Below are positions 40,307 through 49,685 of a stretch of DNA of 64,000 nucleotides, piece after piece; position 1 is the first letter of the stretch; each line of letters opens with the position of its first letter. This DNA comes from Desulfurococcaceae archaeon (GTDB taxonomy: Archaea; Thermoproteota; Thermoprotei_A; Sulfolobales; Desulfurococcaceae), in contig JAWAJB010000001.1 in assembly GCA_038888155.1 (NCBI GenBank), positions 192,001-256,000 on the forward strand. Direction: 5' to 3'. The notes below the pieces were generated by a model. The model did not search any database. It was not told where the DNA came from and saw only the letters and a program-made list of their open reading frames with translations. The position numbers were made by a program, and so were the translations under genes.

Positions 40307-41462
40307 TGTTTCCGTCCTCTCCTTTGAGCCCTCCTCTCTGATGTGAAGATCTCAACTTCTTGGCGTTAAAGCGGTACACTGCAAGGGGGTTCCCTCCGCC
40401 AGGGCAGCGCTCAATTATGGGGCACAGACCTCCTGCCTTCAGGTTTTCGCAAGTGTAGGGCTTATACTTCACCTTACTGCCTCTAAGCCCGAGAATATGC
40501 TCTATCTGGTACCTAGCCACTCTTTCATTGAAATCAGCTGCCCTCTTAAAGTACTCCATGAGTTCATCTACATCTAGCCCAATGTTGCCCAAGAAGGCTA
40601 CTAGGTTGAATCTCTCTGCGTGGCTTGGGTTTCCACCAGAGTTCAAATTATCTAGTATTTTCTTTATGCAGGGCGGGAAGAGGCTCTCGGCTATTCTGCC
40701 CCTATACAGCGAGCCGACGAGCTCGCCCTCGTTGCTTGGGGTTATTGAAGGTTGCTCTGCCAGCTCCTTCCCGTATAGAGCTGCGACTAAAGCCTCTACT
40801 TCCTTAAGCATGTTGCTGTACTCCTCATTTGTGGGTGGAGTAGCGGACTCGCATGCCGACACTATGACTTGAAATATGTACTCCTCGAGGACTCGTCTAT
40901 ATGACTGGTGGTCTAGGTATATGTAGCCCCCGTGAACGATGTTGTTAACTAGCGCGTAAGATTGATCATGAAGAAGCCTGTGCAGGGCTATTTTCATGTA
41001 CTCGACAACGGGTAGCGCGAAAACGCATGCCTTAAAGCCCACGCCCTCCCTTTTCCCGTGAACAGCTAATACTGGTAAACGAGGGGGGTTATCTACTTCT
41101 AGTATTACGTTAAGACCTAGCTTCCTCCCAATGAGGTACAAAACATCATCTCTTTCGTTGCCTAGAAAAGTAGATGCAGTCTTTGAGTAAGCTAGTGCTA
41201 TCCTATTAACTAATCGCCTGTCATTTAATGACTTGGCTAGGTCTAGTAGAGAGCAGTACATTAACACGCCTTCATCCTCGCCCCCGAGGTTCTCTAAGGG
41301 GACTTTGCCCTTCTCTAAGATTTCCCTAAGTGTGGCCACAAGCTTATCCTTTAGGTCCTGGCTCTTTGAAACGAGAACGCTTGGCTTCACTATAAATAAT
41401 TGAGGAAACTCTTTGGGGGATGCCACAAAGGGGTACTTCAAGTAATCTATTTTAGCCGGCAA
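40254..41462 (-). CDS. priL: DNA primase large subunit
   Basis: KYPF, FPPCIK, H.ERF, DFNE...RYQIEH..G, Y...C......G.C Fe-S domain; start revised to TTG41462 after GGTG SD because the longer ORF overlaps a C/D sRNA. Confidence 0.9.
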   Translation of the reverse strand: MPAKIDYLKYPFVASPKEFPQLFIVKPSVLVSKSQDLKDKLVATLREILEKGKVPLENLGGEDEGVLMYCSLLDLAKSLNDRRLVNRIALAYSKTASTFLGNERDDVLYLIGRKLGLNVILEVDNPPRLPVLAVHGKREGVGFKACVFALPVVEYMKIALHRLLHDQSYALVNNIVHGGYIYLDHQSYRRVLEEYIFQVIVSACESATPPTNEEYSNMLKEVEALVAALYGKELAEQPSITPSNEGELVGSLYRGRIAESLFPPCIKKILDNLNSGGNPSHAERFNLVAFLGNIGLDVDELMEYFKRAADFNERVARYQIEHILGLRGSKVKYKPYTCENLKAGGLCPIIERCPGGGNPLAVYRFNAKKLRSSHQRGGLKGEDGNKPPAGFEPATTGSPGQA

Positions 41463-41523
41463 GGCGCTGCACCAACTACTAATCTTGAGATTGGCTACTC
41501 CAAGGTCATCTCTTAATTTAAGA

Positions 41524-41593
41524 AAGTCAGCGCTTTGGCCCCACATCACTCTTCAGGGCGGTACCTCTATCGAGGTCCCCCTAACATCATCCG
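41524..41593 (-). ncRNA. C/D box guide sRNA, predicted to guide Um34 of tRNA-Gln(UUG)
   Basis: GG-ATGATGT(C)-27 nt with hairpin-CTGA(D')-AGA-GTGATGT(C')-GGGGCCAAAGCG-CTGA(D); TATA CTTATAAG at 41616-41623, about 24 nt upstream. Confidence 0.8.
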
Positions 41594-41653
41594 CAAATTC
41601 ATATTTACACACTCCCTTATAAGTTCTAGTAGTACTACAGGGTGTAGGGCTGG

Positions 41654-42181
41654 CTAGCTAAATAGCTCGAACTCTATTCTCTCATAGCCACTAGTGATCT
41701 GCCCCTTGCTCACTGCAAATGATAGAACTCTACTATCGTAGAGCAAATTAAAAGGAACGCCTAAATCCGCTTTTAAGACTTTAGCCCTTGAGGGGAAGAC
41801 CCAGTAGACCCTGTAGTCGTACTCAGCTGTCTCAGGCTCATAGATGTCTTCATATGTGTTTACCCCCCTTCTAAACTCGCCTAGAAAAACTATGAAGAAA
41901 ACTACGTAAGGGTGCCTGTAGCTACCCCGGAACCCTACATCTACTCCCAATACCCCTGGGTAAACGGGCTTAGAGTTGATTTTCACTTCTTCGGCATCTA
42001 GAAAACTCTGCATGTTTCTAGCTAAGAGCTTTTTCTCATCTTCGAGCTTATCTCTGCTCTGAGCTATTGACTTGTAGTACTCGCTTGGGTCATGGTAATC
42101 GAAAACTACTACTTGTTCCACTAACCCCGTTTCGCGGACGAAAAACAGCCCCATGCCGTAAACAGGGGTAACGCTACTCAC
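41654..42181 (-). CDS. Conserved hypothetical protein
   Basis: 175-aa ORF 9 nt downstream of the membrane HTH gene. Confidence 0.7.
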   Translation of the reverse strand: MSSVTPVYGMGLFFVRETGLVEQVVVFDYHDPSEYYKSIAQSRDKLEDEKKLLARNMQSFLDAEEVKINSKPVYPGVLGVDVGFRGSYRHPYVVFFIVFLGEFRRGVNTYEDIYEPETAEYDYRVYWVFPSRAKVLKADLGVPFNLLYDSRVLSFAVSKGQITSGYERIEFELFS

Positions 42182-42190
42182 TCTCTCTCC

Positions 42191-43141
42191 TCATTGATGA
42201 GCTATTCTCCTGTATAGATCATATCCTTTATCTGTAAGGCTTATGTAGTTGTACTTGCCTACGCGCTTAACTGCTACAATGCCGTCGTCCTCGAGCCTCT
42301 TAATCCTCCTACTCACGCTAGACTTCGGCAAACCTGTCTCTTTAACTATTTCTGCTTGCGTAAGCCCTTTAGCTCCTGCTTCTCCTAGCGCTTTCAATAT
42401 AGTTCTCGAAGCGCTATCGTACAAGTAGTCAACCCTCTCTACAAGTATTTTGCTACGCCTTCTAAAGTAGTAAACAGCAAAGGAAATTATTCCCACCGCT
42501 ACTATTGCCCCTGCGATAATGAGCGGGGCTTGGGAGGAGGGGGGAGTGCTTGCAGGAGGCTCCGTCATAGGAATAAACGCAATAATGAGGAGCTCGCTGA
42601 AGCCATTTAGGCACACCCTAGTGTAGTTCTTCTCTTTGATCACCGATATCGTTGCATTTCTCCTCGTAAGGGATGGCTCTATGTTGAACTCGCCGGGCAG
42701 TAGAAGTTCAACTTCGGCGTTGTTCGCCGTGCTGGCCAAGTCGGTAGTGTCGATTAGAGTAACATATGCCCCAATGCCTGTCTCCTCAAATAAGGCACTA
42801 ACGCCAAAATACATTGTTAGAGTGCCGTTGCCTGCAATAAAGGCGTATATTTCAGCGGTGTCGTTTTGGAAATTTAAGCCCCCTACCAAGAGGTTGCTCC
42901 AAGTGTAATTCAATAAATTGATCCTAGTTTGATCTCCAAAAATACCTATGGGGATTACAACCCAGCTTGGTTCCTCTAGGGTTAGCTGAGCGCTTACTTC
43001 TAGTATCCCCCTGCCTTCGAGGGGGTTATACGCTATAAAGTAGCGTATACTAGGCAGGCTTGGAGTAGCGGCTTGAGATAAGCCAATGCTGCAGAGTCCC
43101 CCAAGCATTAAAATCAATGCCAAATGAGCTGCTAGCTTCAA
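42191..43141 (-). CDS. Membrane-anchored wHTH transcriptional regulator (signal peptide, extracellular domain, TM, wHTH)
   Basis: N-terminal signal, TM followed by RRR, GLTQAEIVKETGLPKSSVSRRIKRLEDDG..VKRVGK.N. Confidence 0.8.
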   Translation of the reverse strand: MKLAAHLALILMLGGLCSIGLSQAATPSLPSIRYFIAYNPLEGRGILEVSAQLTLEEPSWVVIPIGIFGDQTRINLLNYTWSNLLVGGLNFQNDTAEIYAFIAGNGTLTMYFGVSALFEETGIGAYVTLIDTTDLASTANNAEVELLLPGEFNIEPSLTRRNATISVIKEKNYTRVCLNGFSELLIIAFIPMTEPPASTPPSSQAPLIIAGAIVAVGIISFAVYYFRRRSKILVERVDYLYDSASRTILKALGEAGAKGLTQAEIVKETGLPKSSVSRRIKRLEDDGIVAVKRVGKYNYISLTDKGYDLYRRIAHQ

Positions 43142-43198
43142 AGCGCTAATTCACCTAAGGTTTTATTAATAGTGTGATGCGTTTATATAAAGTAGCTG

Positions 43199-43840
43199 GT
43201 GTGGGGGGATTTGTGGCACTATAAAGAGCTTATCAGCTGTCCATTAGTTCTAGTGCTGGGCAAGTTTACCTATGGGGATCTCACGGGGTTTGTGTCGCTG
43301 CCTGTGCTAAACCTCAGGGTCTCAATTCTGGTTACAAACAGCGGGGAACACAGAGTTGTTTCTAATGTTTCCAACGAGGAGTGGCTAGACAAGCTATACC
43401 GAGTGTGTAGCGCAGTATTAAGCGGGAACATAAGTAGCCTCAACGATATGGAAAAAATCGAAGCGACTTCAATGATCTACGGAGGTTTAGGATTATACAG
43501 TACAATTGACGGAAATGCTGAGTGCGTTTCGCTTGATTACGTTAACACGAAAAGCTTCTACTTTTACTTAACCCCATCGAAACTCAACGGTAGCTATGCA
43601 GAAGCAAGGCTCGAAGACTGGGTCGCGCTCCAATTTGCGCTTAGGGCGGGCCTCAAAAAAACTCTCCACTATGCTTGTAGCAACATTTCGAGGGATGGCG
43701 GAGAGGTGTGCGCTATTAAATCTAGCCACGGGCTACTGCGCATAACTAGTTCAAGAACCCCGCCCTGGGGAGGTTGCACGAGAGTAATACCCGACAACAG
43801 CCCGCTGAGGCACGTAATAGCTTTAACTGATGACAACTGA
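43199..43840 (+). CDS. Hypothetical protein
   Basis: 213-aa ORF filling the gap between neighbours. Confidence 0.6.
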   Translation: MWGDLWHYKELISCPLVLVLGKFTYGDLTGFVSLPVLNLRVSILVTNSGEHRVVSNVSNEEWLDKLYRVCSAVLSGNISSLNDMEKIEATSMIYGGLGLYSTIDGNAECVSLDYVNTKSFYFYLTPSKLNGSYAEARLEDWVALQFALRAGLKKTLHYACSNISRDGGEVCAIKSSHGLLRITSSRTPPWGGCTRVIPDNSPLRHVIALTDDN

Positions 43841-43841
43841 G

Positions 43842-44366
43842 CTATACTTCACTGCACGCCCTATCTAGGGCGATCTCTAGGGCTTTAACGGGCTCGTAAC
43901 TAGATCTAAATATGAGCTGAAATAGTTCCTCGTAGTGCTTCTTGACTTCCTCAAGGTATGACTTTAGGTCCTCCCAAGGAGGCGCGATGAAGCCGCCCTG
44001 TCCAACCCCTGGGCACTTCGCTGAAACCTCTAGCTTGCTGCTTTCGCCTGGAGATATGGGTATAAAGGGGTAGAGGCGACATCTCAGCGGTCTAGCTGGG
44101 TAAATCGTGCACACTGCCTTAGCCCCCTCTGTTCTAAGGAATGCACACCTGTCTCTAATACCCCGCAGAACAGCTACAGGTATGTAGTCAGCTACTACAA
44201 CATAGAAGTATTTTCCTGCCAGCTCCCTCCAGGCACTGTTAGTGTACTTAGCTAATCTACATATGTCGAACACTGTTAGAGCGACATTTGGTCCACTGCT
44301 ACAGCACCGCCCGCACCTAATACAAGAGTACTGGACAGAGCTACCGGGCTCTATTAAAGTATTCAT
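43842..44366 (-). CDS. YkgJ/CxxCxxCC cysteine-cluster protein
   Basis: CIRCGRCC, CAFL, CTIYPARPLRCRLYPF, CPG. Confidence 0.88.
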   Translation of the reverse strand: MNTLIEPGSSVQYSCIRCGRCCSSGPNVALTVFDICRLAKYTNSAWRELAGKYFYVVVADYIPVAVLRGIRDRCAFLRTEGAKAVCTIYPARPLRCRLYPFIPISPGESSKLEVSAKCPGVGQGGFIAPPWEDLKSYLEEVKKHYEELFQLIFRSSYEPVKALEIALDRACSEV

Positions 44367-44370
44367 TTTT

Positions 44371-44565
44371 TCACAGCCCGCAGTAGCCGCGCATCCTGCA
44401 CTTTTTACACGAGCTTCTGCCGTAGCTAGGCAATTGAGCTCTTTTGCCCCTACACTCGTAGATAACGCCAGAGCTAGTTACGATGAGCAAATTGCCTTGA
44501 TTCTCTTGCTCCCCGTTGGCGCTCACTGCGAAATACACCGTTTGGTGGTTAAATCTAGGCAACAC
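44371..44565 (-). CDS. Small Cys-rich hypothetical protein
   Basis: 64 aa ending C..C.....CGL; 4 nt upstream of the YkgJ gene. Confidence 0.45.
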   Translation of the reverse strand: MLPRFNHQTVYFAVSANGEQENQGNLLIVTSSGVIYECRGKRAQLPSYGRSSCKKCRMRGYCGL

Positions 44566-44660
44566 CTATGAACTTAGACCCGTATATAGCTATTGGGAGG
44601 GCAAGAGCCTAAAGGTATTTAGCTGTTTCTTTGGAATAAGTAAAAAAGAGGTAGGTTAGT

Positions 44661-45476
44661 TTGCTGGATATCTACAGCCCCAGCGATTACAAGTACATAG
44701 GCTCAGATAAAGTGTCCGCAATTGGAATGGGCACATATGGAATAAGGTCATACGATAGGGCATTCGAGGCATTTGTGTACGCTATAACGCGGGGCGTTAA
44801 CCTGTTAGACACTGCCGAGATGTACGACAGCGGTAGGGCAGAGGAGTTTGTCGGCAGAGTCGTGAAGGAAGTTGGCAGGGACTCCGTGTTCATTACGACC
44901 AAGATGCTACCTAGCAGGCTAGAGGACAAGGACGCTGTAGTGAAGGCAGCTCGCGAATCCCTCAGGCGAATTGGCGTTGCCTATGTCGACCTCTACTTGA
45001 TTCACTGGCCTAATGAGAGAATAAGTATCCAACAGCAAATTCAAAACTTCGAGGTGCTCGCTGATTTAGGTTTGACGAGGTACATTGGAGTTAGCAACTT
45101 TGATGCTGCTCAGTTGAGGATAGCTATGCAGTCTACAAAAAAGAGCGAGATTGCTGTAAACCAAGTACACTACAGCGTACCTAGCAGGTATTACATTGAA
45201 AAAGAGCTGCTTCCCTACTGCATTGAGAGAGGAGTGGTAATACAGGCCTACACTCCTCTCGAGAGGGGGTCTATTGCGGTAAATCCTGCTCTAATTTCAG
45301 TTGCCTCTAAATATAACAAGAGCCCTATACAAGTAGCCCTGAACTACCTGATAAGCCACAAAAACGTAGTAGCGATACCGAAGTCAGAGACAATAGAGCA
45401 TGTCCAGGAAATAGTCGGCTCAATGGGCTGGAGGCTAGACCTCAAGGACTTAGAGTACATTAAGAAACGCGCGTAG
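44661..45476 (+). CDS. Aldo/keto reductase
   Basis: GMGT, DTAEMY, ITTK, DLYLIHWP, IGVSNF, IPKS. Confidence 0.93.
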   Translation: MLDIYSPSDYKYIGSDKVSAIGMGTYGIRSYDRAFEAFVYAITRGVNLLDTAEMYDSGRAEEFVGRVVKEVGRDSVFITTKMLPSRLEDKDAVVKAARESLRRIGVAYVDLYLIHWPNERISIQQQIQNFEVLADLGLTRYIGVSNFDAAQLRIAMQSTKKSEIAVNQVHYSVPSRYYIEKELLPYCIERGVVIQAYTPLERGSIAVNPALISVASKYNKSPIQVALNYLISHKNVVAIPKSETIEHVQEIVGSMGWRLDLKDLEYIKKRA

Positions 45477-45636
45477 CTTAGCTTATAGCCTCCAGCTGTA
45501 AGCAATACTGGATAAGACCTAACTACATGGCTTTAATTCCGCTAGAAAATCGCAGCGATGATGCACTGCGAGTTAGTACACTTGGGGCCCTAGCATAGGA
45601 GTCGCCTTTTTAGGAGGTTAGTTCGCCCGCAGGCTA

Positions 45637-46755
45637 TTAATACGAGTGCCCCAACAGGAATGTGTTCCCAACGTATACGTTTGTCAGGCCATTTTTCTTG
45701 GCTATTCTCACTGCCCTCTCGGCGTGGCTCCAGCTTGTAGTGGGCAGGTCGAGGAGCATGTAGTCTGGGCGATACCCTAGAAAAACGTAAGGTATTTCTG
45801 TATCTATTTTAGCCACGTAATCTGTCATATGTTCTATCTCGTAGTCATCTAAGTAGCCGGGTACGAGCAAAGTGGACACGGTTAGCAGGGGCGGGAGCCT
45901 CCTTTTGTGCACGTATTTACCTATTAGGCTGATGTTTCTCTTTATTAGATCGACGTGTTCTCTCTCAACATCGCATAGGGCTTTGTAGACCTCGGGGCTC
46001 CACGCCTTAAAATCTACTTTAACAATGCCCCCTGTATCTAGGCTCAGCTTTACTGCTTCCTCGAGTAGCAATGGATTCCAGAGGCCGTTAGTTTCCCAGC
46101 AAACTCTAAGGGTTCTTAAACCAGTCGATCGAGCCCTCTCAACCATCTTCTTCGAGGCTAAAATGGCGTGAGGAGCGAAGGGGCCAGGATCGCCGCCGAA
46201 GAAGCATACGCAGGACGTCCTGCTGTTCACAGCTTTAACGAGCGAATCTATGCTTAGCCTCGGGCTTGCTGAGTGGGCCATTCTGCGGTAATCCCAGTTC
46301 TGACAGTATAAACAGTCCATGCTACAGCCACCGTAGAAGACCGCAATGTTGTAGAAGCCCTGCTCCCCACTTGGAGAGAGGGCGTACTCTGGGTAGCCTA
46401 AACCAGTTGTTGCCGGGCAGACGTGTGCAGCAACGCAGTTTGTTGGGTGAGGGTCGTAGTAGTACAGGCCGACTGCTTCGTGAGGGGATCCAGTGGATGT
46501 TTTAAGGCTATTTCCCAGTGCACTTAAGTACCCGCAGTAGCCTCTCCCCCCAGCGGGTATACTGCATCTTCTTCCACAAGTAAAACATCTAACTCCGCTC
46601 CTTAAGTCTTTGAAGCTAGGTAACTTGAAGGATATACGGGATTTTTCGTGGAGGTCTGCGCTAAGTTTTACGCCCTTCCTCAAACAATCTACGCAGAGAT
46701 TAATAGCGTTGCTTATAGTTACTGATGAGGCGCTACAGCTTGCACAAGTCCCCAT
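45637..46755 (-). CDS. Radical SAM protein (PflA-like/AmmeMemoRadiSam type)
   Basis: GCSMDCLYCQN CxxxCxxC motif, FFGGDP, ETNG, extra N-terminal Cys clusters. Confidence 0.85.
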   Translation of the reverse strand: MGTCASCSASSVTISNAINLCVDCLRKGVKLSADLHEKSRISFKLPSFKDLRSGVRCFTCGRRCSIPAGGRGYCGYLSALGNSLKTSTGSPHEAVGLYYYDPHPTNCVAAHVCPATTGLGYPEYALSPSGEQGFYNIAVFYGGCSMDCLYCQNWDYRRMAHSASPRLSIDSLVKAVNSRTSCVCFFGGDPGPFAPHAILASKKMVERARSTGLRTLRVCWETNGLWNPLLLEEAVKLSLDTGGIVKVDFKAWSPEVYKALCDVEREHVDLIKRNISLIGKYVHKRRLPPLLTVSTLLVPGYLDDYEIEHMTDYVAKIDTEIPYVFLGYRPDYMLLDLPTTSWSHAERAVRIAKKNGLTNVYVGNTFLLGHSY

Positions 46756-46857
46756 CTATATCCCAGCTACCTATTTGGAGTTGCCCCTATTATGCACTGT
46801 AAGTTGCAGTTGATGGTTATTAAGGGATATAACAAATGCCCCCATGGTGCAAGCTGA

Positions 46858-47367
46858 TTGGGCAACGTCGGGAGGGAAAAAATAGCTAAGCTGCTTGAAG
46901 TACTGATAGATGAGCCAAGAATAAGCATTAGAAAAATATCCGGGAAAACGGGCCTAAGCTATGCATCTATAAGGCGAAGGCTTAAGTCTATGAACTCGAG
47001 AAATATTCTTTCATTTAGCGTTCTTCTATCTGCAGACTTAATGGGCAGAGATGTTGCCATTGTGCGGTTCAAGACGAGTAAGCTGGATCACTTGCTGAAC
47101 TTGGCGCTTCACTGCAATAAAGTACTAGTTGGGGCTAGAATAAACAGCGAGGAGGCCCTTATGGTAATTAACGGCGAGAGCAAGCAGGAAATAGCTAGCA
47201 CTGTCGATAAAATTAGATCAAGCGTTGATGATCTAAGGGAGATCTCGGTAGAGTACGGCAAGCTACCAGCGAGATTTATGGTGAGGATTAAAAACAAGAA
47301 CTTGAACTGCAACCCGCATCTGAGCTGCAACAACTGCGCACAAATCAACAGCAGCCACTACTCCTAG
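46858..47367 (+). CDS. Lrp/AsnC family transcriptional regulator with Cys-rich tail
   Basis: N-terminal HTH PRISIRKISGKTGLSYASIRRRLK; C-terminal C....C..C. Confidence 0.7.
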   Translation: MGNVGREKIAKLLEVLIDEPRISIRKISGKTGLSYASIRRRLKSMNSRNILSFSVLLSADLMGRDVAIVRFKTSKLDHLLNLALHCNKVLVGARINSEEALMVINGESKQEIASTVDKIRSSVDDLREISVEYGKLPARFMVRIKNKNLNCNPHLSCNNCAQINSSHYS

Positions 47368-47394
47368 AGAGCTCGCTAAGTGCTGTTCGTCCCA

Positions 47395-48069
47395 CTAAGT
47401 GCTTATATCCTTGCAGGGCTTCAGCTTCAATACCTTGTTCTCCAGCAAAAGCCTCTCGAGGAGCGGCACGACTTCCTTGATTGGCTTATCTGCGTTAACT
47501 TCTATAAGCCTGCGAGTAGTTAAATAGTAGTTAATTATTGGGCTGAATGACTGATAGAACACTCTATACCTCTTTATAATGATCTCCGGTTCGTCGTCCT
47601 TTCTCCTAAGCAGTTTAGCTCCATCGTAATCGCACTTCTCATCTTCTCTGGGCTTAGGTTCATAGTAAATGTTGTAAACCCTGCCGCAGGAAGGGCAGAC
47701 AACTCTACCGCTAAGTCTTTTAACGGCAACATCCTCTGAGACTACCAAGTGTATTGCAGCGTCAATTGCGACGAACTCGTCAAGCGACTTCGCTTGGCTC
47801 AGCGTCCTAGGGTAGCCATCCAGTATGAAGCCTCTTGCTGCGCTTGGCTCGCTCAATTTCCTCTTAACTACATCAGTTACTATGTCGTCGGGGACTAAGA
47901 GGCCCTGCTCTACGTACGGTTTTACCATGATGCCGAGTGGAGTGCCCCTGGAGATCTCCTGCCTGAAGATCTCGCCCGTGCTTATTTGAGGTATGCAGTA
48001 TTTTTCGCTGAAGTACTGCGCGTATACCCCTTTACCTGCACCGGGTGCTCCAATTAATACTACCTTCAT
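47395..48069 (-). CDS. adk: Adenylate kinase (bacterial-type, Zn-LID)
   Basis: GAPGAGKG, ISTGEIFR, GFILDGYPRT, RLSGRVVCPSC...CDYD, RKDD. Confidence 0.92.
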   Translation of the reverse strand: MKVVLIGAPGAGKGVYAQYFSEKYCIPQISTGEIFRQEISRGTPLGIMVKPYVEQGLLVPDDIVTDVVKRKLSEPSAARGFILDGYPRTLSQAKSLDEFVAIDAAIHLVVSEDVAVKRLSGRVVCPSCGRVYNIYYEPKPREDEKCDYDGAKLLRRKDDEPEIIIKRYRVFYQSFSPIINYYLTTRRLIEVNADKPIKEVVPLLERLLLENKVLKLKPCKDIST

Positions 48070-48109
48070 GTATGATCACTTGCATTTACCGATAATGTAA
48101 GTGGGGCAA

Positions 48110-49264
48110 CTAAGATTTTAAGCGCTGATCTTCTAGGCCGAGCCACTTCATGAGTATATCGTACGCTTTGAACTTAGATATGGATCTGCTCCCCGGTGGA
48201 CCTGGCATCTTCATGTAAAATGAGTTCACCTCGTATATAGTGCCGTAGCTAGCCCTATCTAGTGCCATTTTCCCTAGCCTAACGAGGTCTACGAGCAATC
48301 CAGCAATTGCAGGTTTGTCGTTTACTCTCATTATCACGTAGATCTCGTCTTTAAACTCTCCGAAGCTCAAGTACTCTACAATCATTGCGACGAACTTTTT
48401 ATCTCCAAGCGGCTCTAGGTATCCTGTTGGGCGTATGTAGTTAGGCACGCTGTATCCAAGTATGTCCTCTATAACGCTGCTCTTAGTCTTCTTTTTCATT
48501 ACGTTTCTCTCGGGCTGGGCTAGCGCGTAGAAATCTGGGTTTCCCCCAATATTGAATTGCGCTACATCTAATACGCGCCTTCGCCTCTCGTAGAGGTGCT
48601 CGAGCAGGTCAGCAGTCAACGGAGTTGCCCCTGTTGCTGCATCGTCCCCGAACATAACCCCTCTGCTTTCTCTGTACAAGTTAATGAAGCCCCAGTCGTT
48701 GGCGAGAGGCGAAGGTATTCCATTTATGAAGGCAGCGCCTTTATACTTAGCTGAGTAAAGGGCTGTAGCGTAGGCGTAGGCTTGAGACGCGGTTAGATCG
48801 CCGCTAGTAAACCTGCTGTGGAGTTCTCCTAGGCTTCCTGCAGGCTCAACGGGCTCGGTAGTAATTATATTTATGATTACGTCTGCGCCTAGCTCTTTCC
48901 AGTCATCAATGAGCATGAAAACAGCGTCCTTTAGGTCTCGATCTTCCTCGATGCCCCGCGCCTTTAGCGGCAACCCCTTTACGCTCCCGAGGTGTATACC
49001 GCGCCTAACGAGGATATCCTTTAGGCTTCCCGGAATTGGCGCCGAGCCGCTGTAATCCTTTTTGGCGAGTTCGTACACTGTTTTGCCCACTTTGGACTCG
49101 TCGACGTCGTATGAAGCCACTATTTCTATGTCGCTGTACTTGTACGGGAGCCTAGTACTCAGCGGAACCCCGTAGTCTGGTATTTCATTTGCCTTCAGCT
49201 TCTCTAGCCCAACTTCGAAGTGCAAAGCTGCAAGACCTTGCCCTAAAATCACTGTGCGAATCAT
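48110..49264 (-). CDS. ino1: Myo-inositol-1-phosphate synthase
   Basis: YDVD..KVGK, GDDAATGAT, QFNIGGN.DF, LGDKK, ND.P, FYMK.P. Confidence 0.9.
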   Translation of the reverse strand: MIRTVILGQGLAALHFEVGLEKLKANEIPDYGVPLSTRLPYKYSDIEIVASYDVDESKVGKTVYELAKKDYSGSAPIPGSLKDILVRRGIHLGSVKGLPLKARGIEEDRDLKDAVFMLIDDWKELGADVIINIITTEPVEPAGSLGELHSRFTSGDLTASQAYAYATALYSAKYKGAAFINGIPSPLANDWGFINLYRESRGVMFGDDAATGATPLTADLLEHLYERRRRVLDVAQFNIGGNPDFYALAQPERNVMKKKTKSSVIEDILGYSVPNYIRPTGYLEPLGDKKFVAMIVEYLSFGEFKDEIYVIMRVNDKPAIAGLLVDLVRLGKMALDRASYGTIYEVNSFYMKMPGPPGSRSISKFKAYDILMKWLGLEDQRLKS

Positions 49265-49270
49265 TCATTA

Positions 49271-49597
49271 TCACCCGTGGAGCTTAAGCTTCGCGAGAAC
49301 CTCCTCTATGAAGACTAGGCCTTCTCTGTACGCGTTAATGCCTCTCTCGGTGAGAGAGTAGAAGACTTCTTCTCCCCTGTGCTCTCTAGTCAGTAGCCCG
49401 TCTCTAACCATTCTGTAGAGTACAGTGTAAACAGTTACTGCTGGAGGATCTATTTTGAATAAATCCCTGAGAGCGACCTTTATGTCGTAAGCTTTCAGGG
49501 GAGCGCCTCTACTTTTCAAGACGCAAACAACGTATAGCCACAAGTTCTCCACCGTGAGTTTCTTTTTGAGCCGTACAAGTGCTCTTGGGCTGTCCAA
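49271..49597 (-). CDS. PadR family transcriptional regulator
   Basis: LT.ENLWLY, YDI, TVYTVLYRMVRDGL, YSLTERG. Confidence 0.85.
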   Translation of the reverse strand: MDSPRALVRLKKKLTVENLWLYVVCVLKSRGAPLKAYDIKVALRDLFKIDPPAVTVYTVLYRMVRDGLLTREHRGEEVFYSLTERGINAYREGLVFIEEVLAKLKLHG

Positions 49598-49685
49598 TGC
49601 CTTACCCTAATTAAAAACTTATTCACGATCACAAATATAAATGTTTCAAGACAGGATTAGTCTGCAGGTGATCCTAGGTTTAAAA

